NCBI GenBank assembly: GCA_017481725.1
Contig: JAFUOX010000022.1
Location: 4,668-68,667, forward strand
Direction of reading: 5' to 3'
Origin: Kiritimatiellia bacterium
GTDB lineage: Bacteria; Verrucomicrobiota; Kiritimatiellia; RFP12; UBA3636
DNA length: 64,000 nucleotides
The translations under genes were made by a program, and so were the position numbers. This document shows, in pieces, positions 46,453 through 55,854 of the stretch; positions within the stretch are counted from its first letter, which is position 1, and every line of letters begins with the position of its first letter. The notes beneath the pieces are model-generated. The model did not search any database. It saw only the letters and a list, made by a program, of their open reading frames with translations, and had not been told where the DNA came from.

Positions 46453-47760
46453 TTATTTTCCTGGGAAAAGCTGGAAGCTTATGCGTTCTGCATTTTCTTT
46501 GAGTTCTTCTGTCAGCACGCATTTAATACCATTGGCATTAAGCTCAGAGACAAGAGAGTTAATATCGTCACGATTTGCTGCAGAGCCAGAGGCAATCAAG
46601 CCATTTTGGTCAAGAGAAACAAAACCGAGAGTAATTCCATATTTTTTGCAAAGCTGCATACATTTAGGGAGCATTTGAGAAGCAATAAGCGATTGCTCTG
46701 CATTTATTATGCTTTGATCAATACGAGCATTGTATGCTGATTTAGCCTCGTCAATAGCACGTGCACCCTTGATTTTGATATTATAGCCAGCCACCTGCTT
46801 AATAGAATTAGCAAAGTATTCTTGGTTTGCCTTCTTTATTTTAGAGGTGTTTGCAGTAATAAAAGCACTTGCAACAAATGTAATTATGCTAACAAGTAGA
46901 AGTATTGCCCCGATCTTTTGTTTGAGTGCTTGAGAAAAACCAAGTCCAGCCGAAATGGCTTTGTTGCTAGTAATGAAATTATACATTAGTGAGGATTTTG
47001 AGCCAGCACAAGCATTAGCAATAAAATATTCAGGGGACTGTGCCACATTTACTATACCAAGGGCAGGTCCCTCACGCATATCCTTAAGAATGGCATTTGT
47101 TGAAGAACCTGCGAGAAATAGAGCGACCTTTGAAAGATTTCCCTTAAATGCTAGCTTTAAACGCTTAATAATTTCCTTTGCAGAGGAATTATTGAATGCA
47201 CTTGATGATAAAATTGTTTCTTTATTGCCGATGATAAGAAGAGAGGAATTCTCATTTGCGATGCAAAGTGCTCGCTCAGATTCGGAGCCCCAAGCTGGAG
47301 CTTCAGCAATTGCTGCTTCCCATATTTGTTGAATATAACCAACAATAGCGGTAGATGAAAGTTTGTTATTTGTTGCAAAGGCAATTGTTTCTGCCAGTTC
47401 AGTATTGGGAATAGTTTGAGCGATAAATGATGAGCCAAGTCTATTAAAGACAAACTTACATTCCTCCAGTTTAAATGGTAGCTGTATATTTAGAAGGGAT
47501 GGAATAAGCTTTATTTGCTTATTACGTGATACAGGAGGAGGTGTTAATGATGAAACAATTATAGACTTAAATGGTGGGCAAATAATTACCTTATTTGAGG
47601 TCGAAGCAAGTTCTGAGCGTAGTTCGGATGTGGCATTAGCAAGCTCTGTCTGAAAAAATGGCGTTCCATTAGTAAATATGGAAACGCGTGGATTTTCAGA
47701 CGAAATATCTACGCAATAGGTTGCTTTTGGTATGCTTTTAAATTTACTAGATTCTTCCAT
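46453..47760 (-). CDS. GspL / PilM-PilN-like protein (actin-like cytoplasmic domain + TM + periplasmic domain; weak)
   Basis: 435 aa. The N-terminal YCVDISSENPRV resembles the PilM GxDxGs start. There is a TM helix at about aa 290-312. Confidence 0.4.
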   Translation of the reverse strand: MEESSKFKSIPKATYCVDISSENPRVSIFTNGTPFFQTELANATSELRSELASTSNKVIICPPFKSIIVSSLTPPPVSRNKQIKLIPSLLNIQLPFKLEECKFVFNRLGSSFIAQTIPNTELAETIAFATNNKLSSTAIVGYIQQIWEAAIAEAPAWGSESERALCIANENSSLLIIGNKETILSSSAFNNSSAKEIIKRLKLAFKGNLSKVALFLAGSSTNAILKDMREGPALGIVNVAQSPEYFIANACAGSKSSLMYNFITSNKAISAGLGFSQALKQKIGAILLLVSIITFVASAFITANTSKIKKANQEYFANSIKQVAGYNIKIKGARAIDEAKSAYNARIDQSIINAEQSLIASQMLPKCMQLCKKYGITLGFVSLDQNGLIASGSAANRDDINSLVSELNANGIKCVLTEELKENAERISFQLFPGK

Positions 47761-48116
47761 AATAATTTAGATATTTATTGCCGATTTAGATTTCACGCAA
47801 AAATTTTCTATATATTATAGTATAAGAGGGGATATTTTGAAAGCAAAAACAGAATAAGTAAAATTGCGTAGGTGCACGAGACGACGTGATGCACGAGATG
47901 CACGCGATGCCAAAGGGACGCAGAGACGCGGAGGACGCAGAGGTCGCAGAGCCATGACACCGAAAAAACACTAGCGGAATGAACTTTGCCTTGGCTATTG
48001 CTTTATCTATCGAAGCAATTTGGCAAATCTCATCCACTAGTGTGCTCGAACAGAAGCTTATTAAGATGCGGAGGTGATGCACGTGGTATTCTTTTTTATT
48101 AGAGAAGGCTAGAAAG

Positions 48117-48156
48117 TTTGACAGTTTGATAGTTGGCGAGTTTGATAGTTTTACAG
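48117..48156 (+). repeat. five tandem 8-mers
   Basis: TTTGACAG TTTGATAG TTGGCGAG TTTGATAG TTTTACAG, contiguous. Confidence 0.8.
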
Positions 48157-48314
48157 TGGGGATGAGGGTGACAGAGCCGCCCGGTGTTGCAGGGGCTTAA
48201 GGTGGCAAGGTGCCAAGCTTTGCCTCCTTGAGCATCGCCATTAATCGCCAGTACACCCCCACAAATGACATTCAGACGTTTAGATGCGAAACCATTGTTT
48301 TTTTGCTCCTGCAT

Positions 48315-48752
48315 GGACGTTAGACGAGAGACAACGCTGACGTGAGACAATTAGACATTTAGACGCTGTGACGCGAGACGTTAGACGTTGAGATTCCTCT
48401 GACGTTAGACGCTAGACAATTAGACGCCGCATCGCATTGACATGCGAGCATTGGACAAGAGACGTGAGACGCGAGACGCGAGAGGTTCCGACGCGAGACA
48501 ATTAGACGTGAGAACTCTCTTTGAAGTGAAACGCTACTAACCTATCTTCCGTCTAATTGTCTGTGGGTCTCTTGTCCTTGTCTCACGTCTCGCGTCTCTT
48601 GTCTCATGTCCAAATGGGCGTGTCAACGCCTGCGGGATGCGTGTCAACGCATCGGATGGTCTCACGTCTAACCGTCTAATTGTCCGTTCAACGTCTCACG
48701 TCTTATTGTCTATCGGTTGTCTCACGTCTAACGTCGTTCAACCGTCTAGCGT
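48315..48752. repeat. ~440-bp degenerate palindrome made of TTAGACG/GAGACG words
   Basis: The left arm (48315-48512) is rich in TTAGAC, GAGACG and GTGAGAC. The right arm (48549-48752) carries the complements GTCTAA, CGTCTC and GTCTCAC in mirrored order. For example, GGACGTTAGACG matches the reverse complement GGACGCTAGACGG, and CAATTAGACG matches CGTCTAATTG next to the centre. Confidence 0.8.
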
Positions 48753-48989
48753 CCTTTGCGTCTCTGCGTCCCTTCTTCGCACTTCTAGCCATCACGTACA
48801 TCAGCTCCGCGTCGCAGCGCCCCTTTTACGCACTTTTGAAGCGTGCTAGTGCAAGCAAAGCGACTGAAAGTCGCTTCTCCAAACTCTTCCTACACGCTTG
48901 CGAGATGCACGTGACGCCGGTGGGACGCAGAGACGCGGAGGCCGAAAAAACTAGCGGAATAAGGTTTATACTGTTTCTGTTATTGCTTT

Positions 48990-51125
48990 TTACTTAAGTA
49001 CGTTTTTTAGGTTTTCTAAAACCTTTTTATCATTATTAAGTAGCTCTCGTTCTAGCTTTGTGCCTAAGAATTTATTAAGATATTTCTTTGCTTCATCCTT
49101 ATTATCAAGGACATTATAAATCTCAGCAAAATGCAAATATAATTCAGGTGGAATATAATCCCAATTTTCATCGATAGCAATTTGTTGTGCTCTTTCAAGA
49201 GTTGCTAAAGCTTCTTGAGCATCATGGGGATTTGCACGAACAATGCACACAGCTAGTGTGTCTAGAGCATTTAAATCTAATGGTTGAATCTCTTTGTCAT
49301 GATCTTTTAATGCATCTCTTCCTACTTCGTAATCTCCACATTCTGTTAATGCAACAATTAGGTCATTGAGATATATTTGAGAATATCTGTTTTTGCTATA
49401 TGCTTCTTTAATAATATATATAGCTAATTCTGGTTTGTTTTGTTGAAGAAAATAGCTACCAGCAGCATAATAAACCATGTCTGCCTCAAAATACTTTTTA
49501 TCAATTAATATTTTTCCTTTAGTTAAATCAATTTTTTCTTTTTTAGGGTCTTTTATGCCACCAGTAATTAGTGTTGAAAAGGAATATAAATTATATAAGT
49601 AGCCAATAATTAGTGGATCACTACCATTATAGCTCATGACTGCATCATAGCAGTGATTCTTAAATTCAACGGCATTTGGATTAGACAAAATTTCTTCCAT
49701 GGCTTTATTGATGATTAAAGCCCATTTTGGTGCTTTTTCGCCTTCATTTTCTATTATTTTGTCTATTATAACCTTTTGTGAATTTAGAGTCATCAAGCGA
49801 GAATAGCATAGTAATGCAACAATTGCCACTTGGCGATTATATTCATAATTTTCCAAGTAATATTCGGTTGCAGATTTTGTTAATAGTGTTTCATGATGAA
49901 GAATTCCATTCTCAATTACGAAACGAAGCTTTAGCTTTTCTGAAACATCGTTACGGCTTTCTATTTTAGAAATTATGTATTGTCTGCCTAAACGACTATA
50001 TTCATCATTTTTATTTCGAATGATAGAGTATAATGTAAAATAATTATTTGCTGTAAAATCAGAAAGTTTTTTTGGAAGATTGTACTTTTTAAGCGTATCC
50101 ACAAGTTGTTTGTTGAATTCTTTGCTATTAGGAACACTTCCTTTTTCAAAGTCGCTTTTGTTGCTTTCTGATATTTTTTGTAAAGCAGATGGAAATTCAG
50201 GACTGTTTTTAGGAATTCCAAATATTACCCAATCCCAATTTGCTTCAAGATAATGCTTGGCACCATAAACGAAGCCATTGAAGTAAAGAATAAAACCTTT
50301 CTCAAGAAAAACCTTGTCTTCAAACATTGAAGTCATTGTTATTAAATTTTCTTCAATTGCATCTTTCTTTATGCTTTTAAGTTTACCCTCTTTGTTTAAG
50401 GATGCAAGACTAAGTATAGAAGACGTGTTGAATGAATATTTAATGGAGCAAGCATAAAGTTTCTCTGCAATTTCATATTCCTCAATAAGAGTTGCATTCC
50501 ATGCAAGAATATTAGCGGAGGATGAAATAATAAATCTAAAGTTTTTATTAATGTTGCTTATCTTATCATTTTTGATATCTTCCTCGTTAATAGAAACTGT
50601 TGCCTCTTCATATTTTTTTACAAATTCATTAAACAACATTAATGATTCATTTAAAGACTTCTTTGTGAACTCAGCTTTCTTTATTGGTTGGAATGCAACT
50701 CCTTGAACTGATGGAATATATTCACCTACGTATAGACTATGAGGTTGTTCTAGTAGGGCAATGCACTTTGTGTCATAGATATCAATATAATGAGTAATAA
50801 ATCCAGTTGGATCAACTAGTGCAGTAAGATATAATTCTGGATTATCAAGGCGTTCTAATTGTTGAAAATTTTCAAACAATAGATCATCATATTGTCCATT
50901 CATAATTTGAATGTCCAAAAAGGTTATATCTGCATTATATTCTTTTGCTTTATTTTTAAGCTCGTTGCTTATTGCCCAATTAGTATTAAGAACCACTACT
51001 TTTTTGTCTTCGATAGATTCATAAATTATATCAACAAGGGCTTTATCAACAGCCTCGTCAGCCCAAATGGCAGGAAGAATCAAACATGATAGAGAGAGAA
51101 CAATTATTTTTTTTAGTAAACACAT
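48990..51125 (-). CDS. secreted TPR-repeat protein
   Basis: Signal peptide; 711 aa. The C-terminal third has TPR-like helical pairs (YYAAGSYFLQQNKPELAIYIIKEAY...). Confidence 0.55.
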   Translation of the reverse strand: MCLLKKIIVLSLSCLILPAIWADEAVDKALVDIIYESIEDKKVVVLNTNWAISNELKNKAKEYNADITFLDIQIMNGQYDDLLFENFQQLERLDNPELYLTALVDPTGFITHYIDIYDTKCIALLEQPHSLYVGEYIPSVQGVAFQPIKKAEFTKKSLNESLMLFNEFVKKYEEATVSINEEDIKNDKISNINKNFRFIISSSANILAWNATLIEEYEIAEKLYACSIKYSFNTSSILSLASLNKEGKLKSIKKDAIEENLITMTSMFEDKVFLEKGFILYFNGFVYGAKHYLEANWDWVIFGIPKNSPEFPSALQKISESNKSDFEKGSVPNSKEFNKQLVDTLKKYNLPKKLSDFTANNYFTLYSIIRNKNDEYSRLGRQYIISKIESRNDVSEKLKLRFVIENGILHHETLLTKSATEYYLENYEYNRQVAIVALLCYSRLMTLNSQKVIIDKIIENEGEKAPKWALIINKAMEEILSNPNAVEFKNHCYDAVMSYNGSDPLIIGYLYNLYSFSTLITGGIKDPKKEKIDLTKGKILIDKKYFEADMVYYAAGSYFLQQNKPELAIYIIKEAYSKNRYSQIYLNDLIVALTECGDYEVGRDALKDHDKEIQPLDLNALDTLAVCIVRANPHDAQEALATLERAQQIAIDENWDYIPPELYLHFAEIYNVLDNKDEAKKYLNKFLGTKLERELLNNDKKVLENLKNVLK

Positions 51126-51313
51126 ACTTAAAATCCTTTGCGATACATTTTTAGTTTAAGTGCTTTCATAATATCATTTTTTTTTAAATTGTTCAAATGT
51201 ATTAAGCAAATTACATACGCCGTTTTACATAAATTATTGACTGTTGAATATTGAAATACCATACGATTTGTGATACTATATATAATATATTTTTTTAAGC
51301 GAAAGGTAATTAA

Positions 51314-51838
51314 ATGGCTTTTTTAATTTACAATGAGGGAAGTAATCGTGGTAAACGCATTGAACTCCCATCTCAAGATATTGTCTCATTAGGTCGTTCA
51401 TCAGAGCGTTGTGATATTGTGGTAGAAGGAGATACAATTTCAGGAAAGCATTGCTCTCTTGAGCGTACACCTTCATGCTTTATTGTCAAAGATCTTGATT
51501 CCACAAATAAAACATGGGTAAATGGTGAGCCAATTCTTGCTGCTGAAGTTTATCGTGGTGACACCATTAGTCTTGGTGATACTGAGTTGCTCCTTGATGG
51601 TGATGATGTTCCTGAGGCACCTGTTCCAACACAAGAGAGTGCAGAGCCAGTTTATTCAGATTCTGGAACAAAGATTATTAATGTTGTGCCAAGAAATGTT
51701 CGTGATGGTAAGGTAAAGCTACCTTCAGATTTTAAGCATCACAATCATAATGGCAATAAGCTTTGGATTGTTTTTGTAGTAATCGCTATTTTAGTTATTC
51801 TTTGGTTGGTTTTCCAATTTGAATTAGGAATTATGTAA
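51314..51838 (+). CDS. FHA-domain protein with C-terminal TM anchor
   Basis: SLGRSSERCDIVVEGDTISGKHCSL...VKDLDSTNKTWVNGEPI, with TM helix LWIVFVVIAILVILWLVF. Confidence 0.75.
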   Translation: MAFLIYNEGSNRGKRIELPSQDIVSLGRSSERCDIVVEGDTISGKHCSLERTPSCFIVKDLDSTNKTWVNGEPILAAEVYRGDTISLGDTELLLDGDDVPEAPVPTQESAEPVYSDSGTKIINVVPRNVRDGKVKLPSDFKHHNHNGNKLWIVFVVIAILVILWLVFQFELGIM

Positions 51839-51953
51839 TAAAGAGTATTTATTGCATTAAATCAAGAATAAAGTAGCGCATCAAAAATTAGACCCTAGGG
51901 CTTAATTTCAGTGGTGCGCTAGTTTTCTTATAAAGCTTACGAAAGTTTTTACA

Positions 51954-52430
51954 ATGATAAGATTTGGATTGGGAAATGACGCCCATAGACTTGTTCCAGA
52001 TAGGAAGCTTATTCTTGGAGGAGTTGAGATTCCCTACGAGCTGGGCTTACTTGGTCATTCAGATGCAGATGTGCTTGCTCACGCAATTTCAGATGCATTG
52101 CTTGGTGCATTGGCATTAGGCGACATTGGAAAATATTTTCCAGATACCGACCCCAAGTGGAAGGGTGCAGATAGCTTAAAGCTTTTGGGAGCTGTTGTTG
52201 ATATGCTAAAGGAACGATGTTGGCACGTTGTTAATATTGATGCAACTGTGCTATGTGAGCGCCCAAAGTTAGCCCCTCACATTGTGAAAATGAGAGAAAA
52301 TATAGCAGCAGTTGTTGGAGTTGATGTCGATTGCATCTCTGTTAAAGCAACAACAGTTGAAGGTATGGGTGCTATTGGCCGAAAAGAGGGCATAAGCGTA
52401 ATGGCTATTGCTGCAATAGAAAAGATTTAA
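51954..52430 (+). CDS. ispF: 2-C-methyl-D-erythritol 2,4-cyclodiphosphate synthase
   Basis: GNDAHRL and [19 protein letters not shown]; 158 aa. Confidence 0.92.
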   Translation: MIRFGLGNDAHRLVPDRKLILGGVEIPYELGLLGHSDADVLAHAISDALLGALALGDIGKYFPDTDPKWKGADSLKLLGAVVDMLKERCWHVVNIDATVLCERPKLAPHIVKMRENIAAVVGVDVDCISVKATTVEGMGAIGRKEGISVMAIAAIEKI

Positions 52431-52480
52431 ATTTAATATAAATTGTGAGAATAAGACTGCTCACAGGTAAGGAATAAAAA

Positions 52481-53872
52481 ATGAAATTTTATAATTCATT
52501 AACACGTTCAAAGGATGAATTTACGCCACTAGAGGGCAATGTTGTTCGCATGTATACTTGCGGACCAACCGTCTATAACTTTGCACATATTGGTAATTTC
52601 CGTGCATACACATTTGAAGATATTCTTCACCGTGCACTAAAATATCGTGGATATGATGTTAAGCAGGTGATGAACCTAACTGATGTTGACGATAAGACTA
52701 TCAAGGGTGCAATTGCAACCGGCAAGGCTTTGCGTGATTATACTCAGCAATACAAGGAGGCATTTTTCGCAGACCTAAAGACATTAGGCATTATGCCAGC
52801 AGCGATATATCCTGCTGCAACAGACCACATTCAAGAGATGATCGACCTTGTTTCAAAGCTTTTTGAAAAAGGCATTGCTTATCAATCTGACGATAAGTCT
52901 GTTTATTTCAGTGTTTCCAAGTTCGAGGAATATGGTAAGCTAGCACATCTAGACCGCTCTGGACTCCGTTCAAGTGTTCGCATTTCAAATGACGAATATG
53001 AAAAGGATGCAGTTGGTGACTTTGCTCTTTGGAAGGCATGGGATGAGAAGGATGGAGATGTATGGTGGGATTCACCATGGGGTAAGGGCCGCCCAGGCTG
53101 GCACATTGAGTGTTCTGCAATGTCTATGAAGTATCTAGGCGAAAGCTTTGATATTCACACTGGCGGTATTGATAACCTATTCCCTCATCACGAAAACGAG
53201 ATTGCTCAGGCAGAGGCAGTAACAGGAAAGAAGTTCTCTAATATGTGGCTACACTGTGCACATCTTCGCGTTAATGGCGAAAAGATGTCAAAGTCATTGG
53301 GCAATTTCTTTACATTGCGCGATTTGATTGAAAAGGGATATACAGGCAGGGAGATTCGCTTTGTGCTTATTTCTAGCCAGTATCGTCAGCCATTGAACTT
53401 TACCTTTGATGCACTTGTTGGTGCTCGCTCTGCAATTGCTCGTATTGATGAATTTGTATCAATGCTAAAGGATAAGGCTGGTGCTGCAGCTACTGGAACA
53501 GCTCCTGCATGGGCTGTTGAGGCAGAGGAACAATTTGGTAAGGCATTGGATGATGACCTAAATATGCCAGAAGCTCTAGCTGCTGTGTTTACACTTATTA
53601 GCTGTGGCAATAAGCAGGCAGCAGCTATGACAGCTGAGGAGGCTGCAGCTGTTCTTCAGATTATGAATAAGATTGATACGGTAATCAATCTAGTCAACAA
53701 GGAAGAGGTTGCAATCCCTGAGGAGGTAACAAAACTTCTTGAGGAGCGTGCTGAGGCTCGTAAGAATAAGCTGTGGGCAGATTCTGATCGCATCCGCGAT
53801 GAGCTTGCTGCAATGGGCTGGGCTGTAAAGGATACCAAGGAAGGTCAGAAGGTTTCTCCTTTGGCAAAATAA
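52481..53872 (+). CDS. cysS: cysteine--tRNA ligase
   Basis: TCGPTVYNFAHIGNFR (HIGH), WHIECS and KMSKS. Confidence 0.93.
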   Translation: MKFYNSLTRSKDEFTPLEGNVVRMYTCGPTVYNFAHIGNFRAYTFEDILHRALKYRGYDVKQVMNLTDVDDKTIKGAIATGKALRDYTQQYKEAFFADLKTLGIMPAAIYPAATDHIQEMIDLVSKLFEKGIAYQSDDKSVYFSVSKFEEYGKLAHLDRSGLRSSVRISNDEYEKDAVGDFALWKAWDEKDGDVWWDSPWGKGRPGWHIECSAMSMKYLGESFDIHTGGIDNLFPHHENEIAQAEAVTGKKFSNMWLHCAHLRVNGEKMSKSLGNFFTLRDLIEKGYTGREIRFVLISSQYRQPLNFTFDALVGARSAIARIDEFVSMLKDKAGAAATGTAPAWAVEAEEQFGKALDDDLNMPEALAAVFTLISCGNKQAAAMTAEEAAAVLQIMNKIDTVINLVNKEEVAIPEEVTKLLEERAEARKNKLWADSDRIRDELAAMGWAVKDTKEGQKVSPLAK

Positions 53873-53919
53873 TAAAATAAGTTTTATATTCTAAACAAAT
53901 TTTAAGTAAGGTAAAAATT

Positions 53920-54798
53920 ATGGCAATAAAAATTAATGGATTTGAAATTACAGATCAGATGATTGATTATGAGGTAGAGCGTGCAACAAATTTCTATTTG
54001 ATGCAGGGGATTCCTCAAGCAGAAATCGACAAGGATAAGGCAGCTATTCGCGAGGCAGCTATTGAGCATTGCATAGCAACTCGCCTAATGCTTGAAGAAG
54101 CAGAAAAGCAAGGCATTAAGGCTTCTGATGAGCATATCAAGGATCAGCTCGAGAAAATTGCTAAGTCCAATGGTGGCATGGAAGAATTTGAGAAGCGCGT
54201 TAAGGCAAGCGGTGCATCTCTTGAGATGGTAAAAGCACAGATTGATTTTAACTTCAAGCTCATGACTGTTGAGAAGAATGCTGTAGAAAAGGTTCCTGAG
54301 GCAACTGAAGAGGATGCTCGCAAGTATTATGAGGCTCATAAGAATCAATTCTGTGAGGAGGAGCAGGTTAATGCATTGCACATTCTTATTACTCCAAAAT
54401 CAAAGAGTGATGAGGATAAGGCAGCTGCACTTGAGGAAATTAAGGCAATCCGTCAGCGCATTGTTGATGGAGCAGAATTTATCAAAGAAGCAGAGCTTCA
54501 TTCAGCTTGCCCAAGTGGAAAGCAGAATGGCGGCAGCCTCGGTTGGTTTGGTCGTGGCATGATGGTTAAGGAATTTGAGGATGCAGCATTCTCAATGAAG
54601 CCAGGCGATTTATCTGATGTAATCGAAACACAGTTTGGTTATCACATCATTTCTGTTAATGATCGCGAGGATGCACGCCAGCTAGAATTTGAAGAGGTTA
54701 AGGCAGAGGCAGTAAATGCAGCAACCTCTATTGCTAAGGAGATGGAGCGTAGCCGCTTCATTGAAGAACTAAAGTCAAAGGCAACTATCGAGCGCTAA
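53920..54798 (+). CDS. parvulin-type peptidyl-prolyl isomerase (SurA/PrsA-like)
   Basis: ALHILI, GGSLGWFGRGMMVKEFEDAAF and QFGYHII. Confidence 0.75.
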   Translation: MAIKINGFEITDQMIDYEVERATNFYLMQGIPQAEIDKDKAAIREAAIEHCIATRLMLEEAEKQGIKASDEHIKDQLEKIAKSNGGMEEFEKRVKASGASLEMVKAQIDFNFKLMTVEKNAVEKVPEATEEDARKYYEAHKNQFCEEEQVNALHILITPKSKSDEDKAAALEEIKAIRQRIVDGAEFIKEAELHSACPSGKQNGGSLGWFGRGMMVKEFEDAAFSMKPGDLSDVIETQFGYHIISVNDREDARQLEFEEVKAEAVNAATSIAKEMERSRFIEELKSKATIER

Positions 54799-54827
54799 TT
54801 TTATTGATTACATAGGGCAGGGCATCT

Positions 54828-55823
54828 GTGGAAAACGAAGTACTTGTTATTAGTCCTAATTGGCTTGGTGATGCTGTGATGGCAATGCCTGCGGTGAAGC
54901 AGCTTGAGCTTGCTTCACCAGCTGGTACACGCATTGTTATTTTAGCAAAACGAGCTGTTGCAGGGCTTTGGCGTATGCATACAAGCGTTAGTGAGGTCGT
55001 TGAGCTAGCCGGTGGAAACAAAGCCACTTTTGCTATGGCTCGCACTCTTCGAAAGCGTGGCTTTAAACAAGTATATATTTTTCCAAATTCATTTCGCTCT
55101 GCTCTGATTCCTTTCTTAGCACGCATACCAAGGCGTCGTGGCACTGTCATTCATGCCAGAGCACTGATGGTTAATGATGGAGTACGCTTTGATAAAGGCT
55201 TTGACAACAAGCATCAAGCAATAGAATATCTCAAGCTGGTAAATGCACCTCTTGATAGTGATTTATCTAACACAGGCTTTGCTCCTGAGGCAGCTGAGCT
55301 ACCTGAGGAGTTTGCTTCAAAGGTTTCTTCAAGCACATGTGTGGCAATAATTCCTGGTGCAGCTCGTGGCGACTCAAAGCGTTGGCCATTCTATGCTGAA
55401 GCAGCAAAGCTAATGCTGACAAAGAATCCTGAGCTTAAATTCTTCATTTGTGGCTCACCAAATGAGGCTCCACTTTGCGAACAGGTTGCTAATGATATAG
55501 GAGCGGACTCTGCCACATCTCTTGCAGGGAAAACAAATCTAGCTCAGTTTGCGACAGTGCTTCGTAAGGTAAAGCTTGTGCTTTGTAATGATAGTGGCGG
55601 AATGCACTTGGCTTCTGCCTCAGGCACACCTGTTGTGGCAATGTATGGACTCACTTCTCCAGTTAAGACTGGTCCATTGGGAAGCAACGCCATTGTAATT
55701 CAGCCTAAGGGTGTAAAGGGTGCTAGAGCAATCTCGCGCGATAGTGCAGAAGCAATTGCAGTATTGCGCTCAATCTCTGCAGAGCAAGTGGCTGAAGCCG
55801 CATTAAATGCTCTAGCAAATTAG
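54828..55823 (+). CDS. GT9 glycosyltransferase (LPS heptosyltransferase-like)
   Basis: GTG start; VISPNWLGDAVMAMPA and CNDSGGMHLA. Confidence 0.75.
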   Translation: MENEVLVISPNWLGDAVMAMPAVKQLELASPAGTRIVILAKRAVAGLWRMHTSVSEVVELAGGNKATFAMARTLRKRGFKQVYIFPNSFRSALIPFLARIPRRRGTVIHARALMVNDGVRFDKGFDNKHQAIEYLKLVNAPLDSDLSNTGFAPEAAELPEEFASKVSSSTCVAIIPGAARGDSKRWPFYAEAAKLMLTKNPELKFFICGSPNEAPLCEQVANDIGADSATSLAGKTNLAQFATVLRKVKLVLCNDSGGMHLASASGTPVVAMYGLTSPVKTGPLGSNAIVIQPKGVKGARAISRDSAEAIAVLRSISAEQVAEAALNALAN

Positions 55824-55854
55824 TGCTTTATTTTACTCACAGGGAGTAATGTAA

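Larger units (their letters stand above)
47871..48965. repeat. 1.1-kb ORF-less composite repeat tract (mosaic family, locus 7)
   Basis: Flanked by direct repeats: GAGATGCACG.GA.GCC....GGGACGCAGAGACGCGGAGG (47895-47934 and 48902-48941), followed by CGAAAAAAC(AC)TAGCGGAAT. The interior holds modules shared with loci 1, 6 and 8 in both orientations. Confidence 0.85.

Noticed and set aside
48100-48310. Known housekeeping ncRNA (RNase P RNA, tmRNA, SRP RNA or 6S) in the ORF-free GC-rich stretch
   Set aside because: I could not find GAGGAAAGTCC-type RNase P motifs, a tmRNA 5' GGGG...TTCGAC with tag reading frame, or the SRP AGGAAGCAGCC motif. This remains unassigned rather than called.
48315-48752. 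Enrichment of CGTCTC/GAGACG (a type IIS restriction-site sequence) as a restriction-modification signal
   Set aside because: The hexamer is simply part of the repeated word. No R-M genes are adjacent, so there is no basis for a functional link.
48300-48770. Possible CRISPR array, because of many short repeated words
   Set aside because: The words are 7-8 nt, degenerate and contiguous, with no unique spacers of regular length. The two halves are mirror images. No cas genes are in the window.
51874-51921. Terminator after the FHA gene (TAGCGCA...TGCGCTA followed by GTTTTCTT)
   Set aside because: The 7-bp stem encloses a 34-nt loop, which is too weak to report as a feature.
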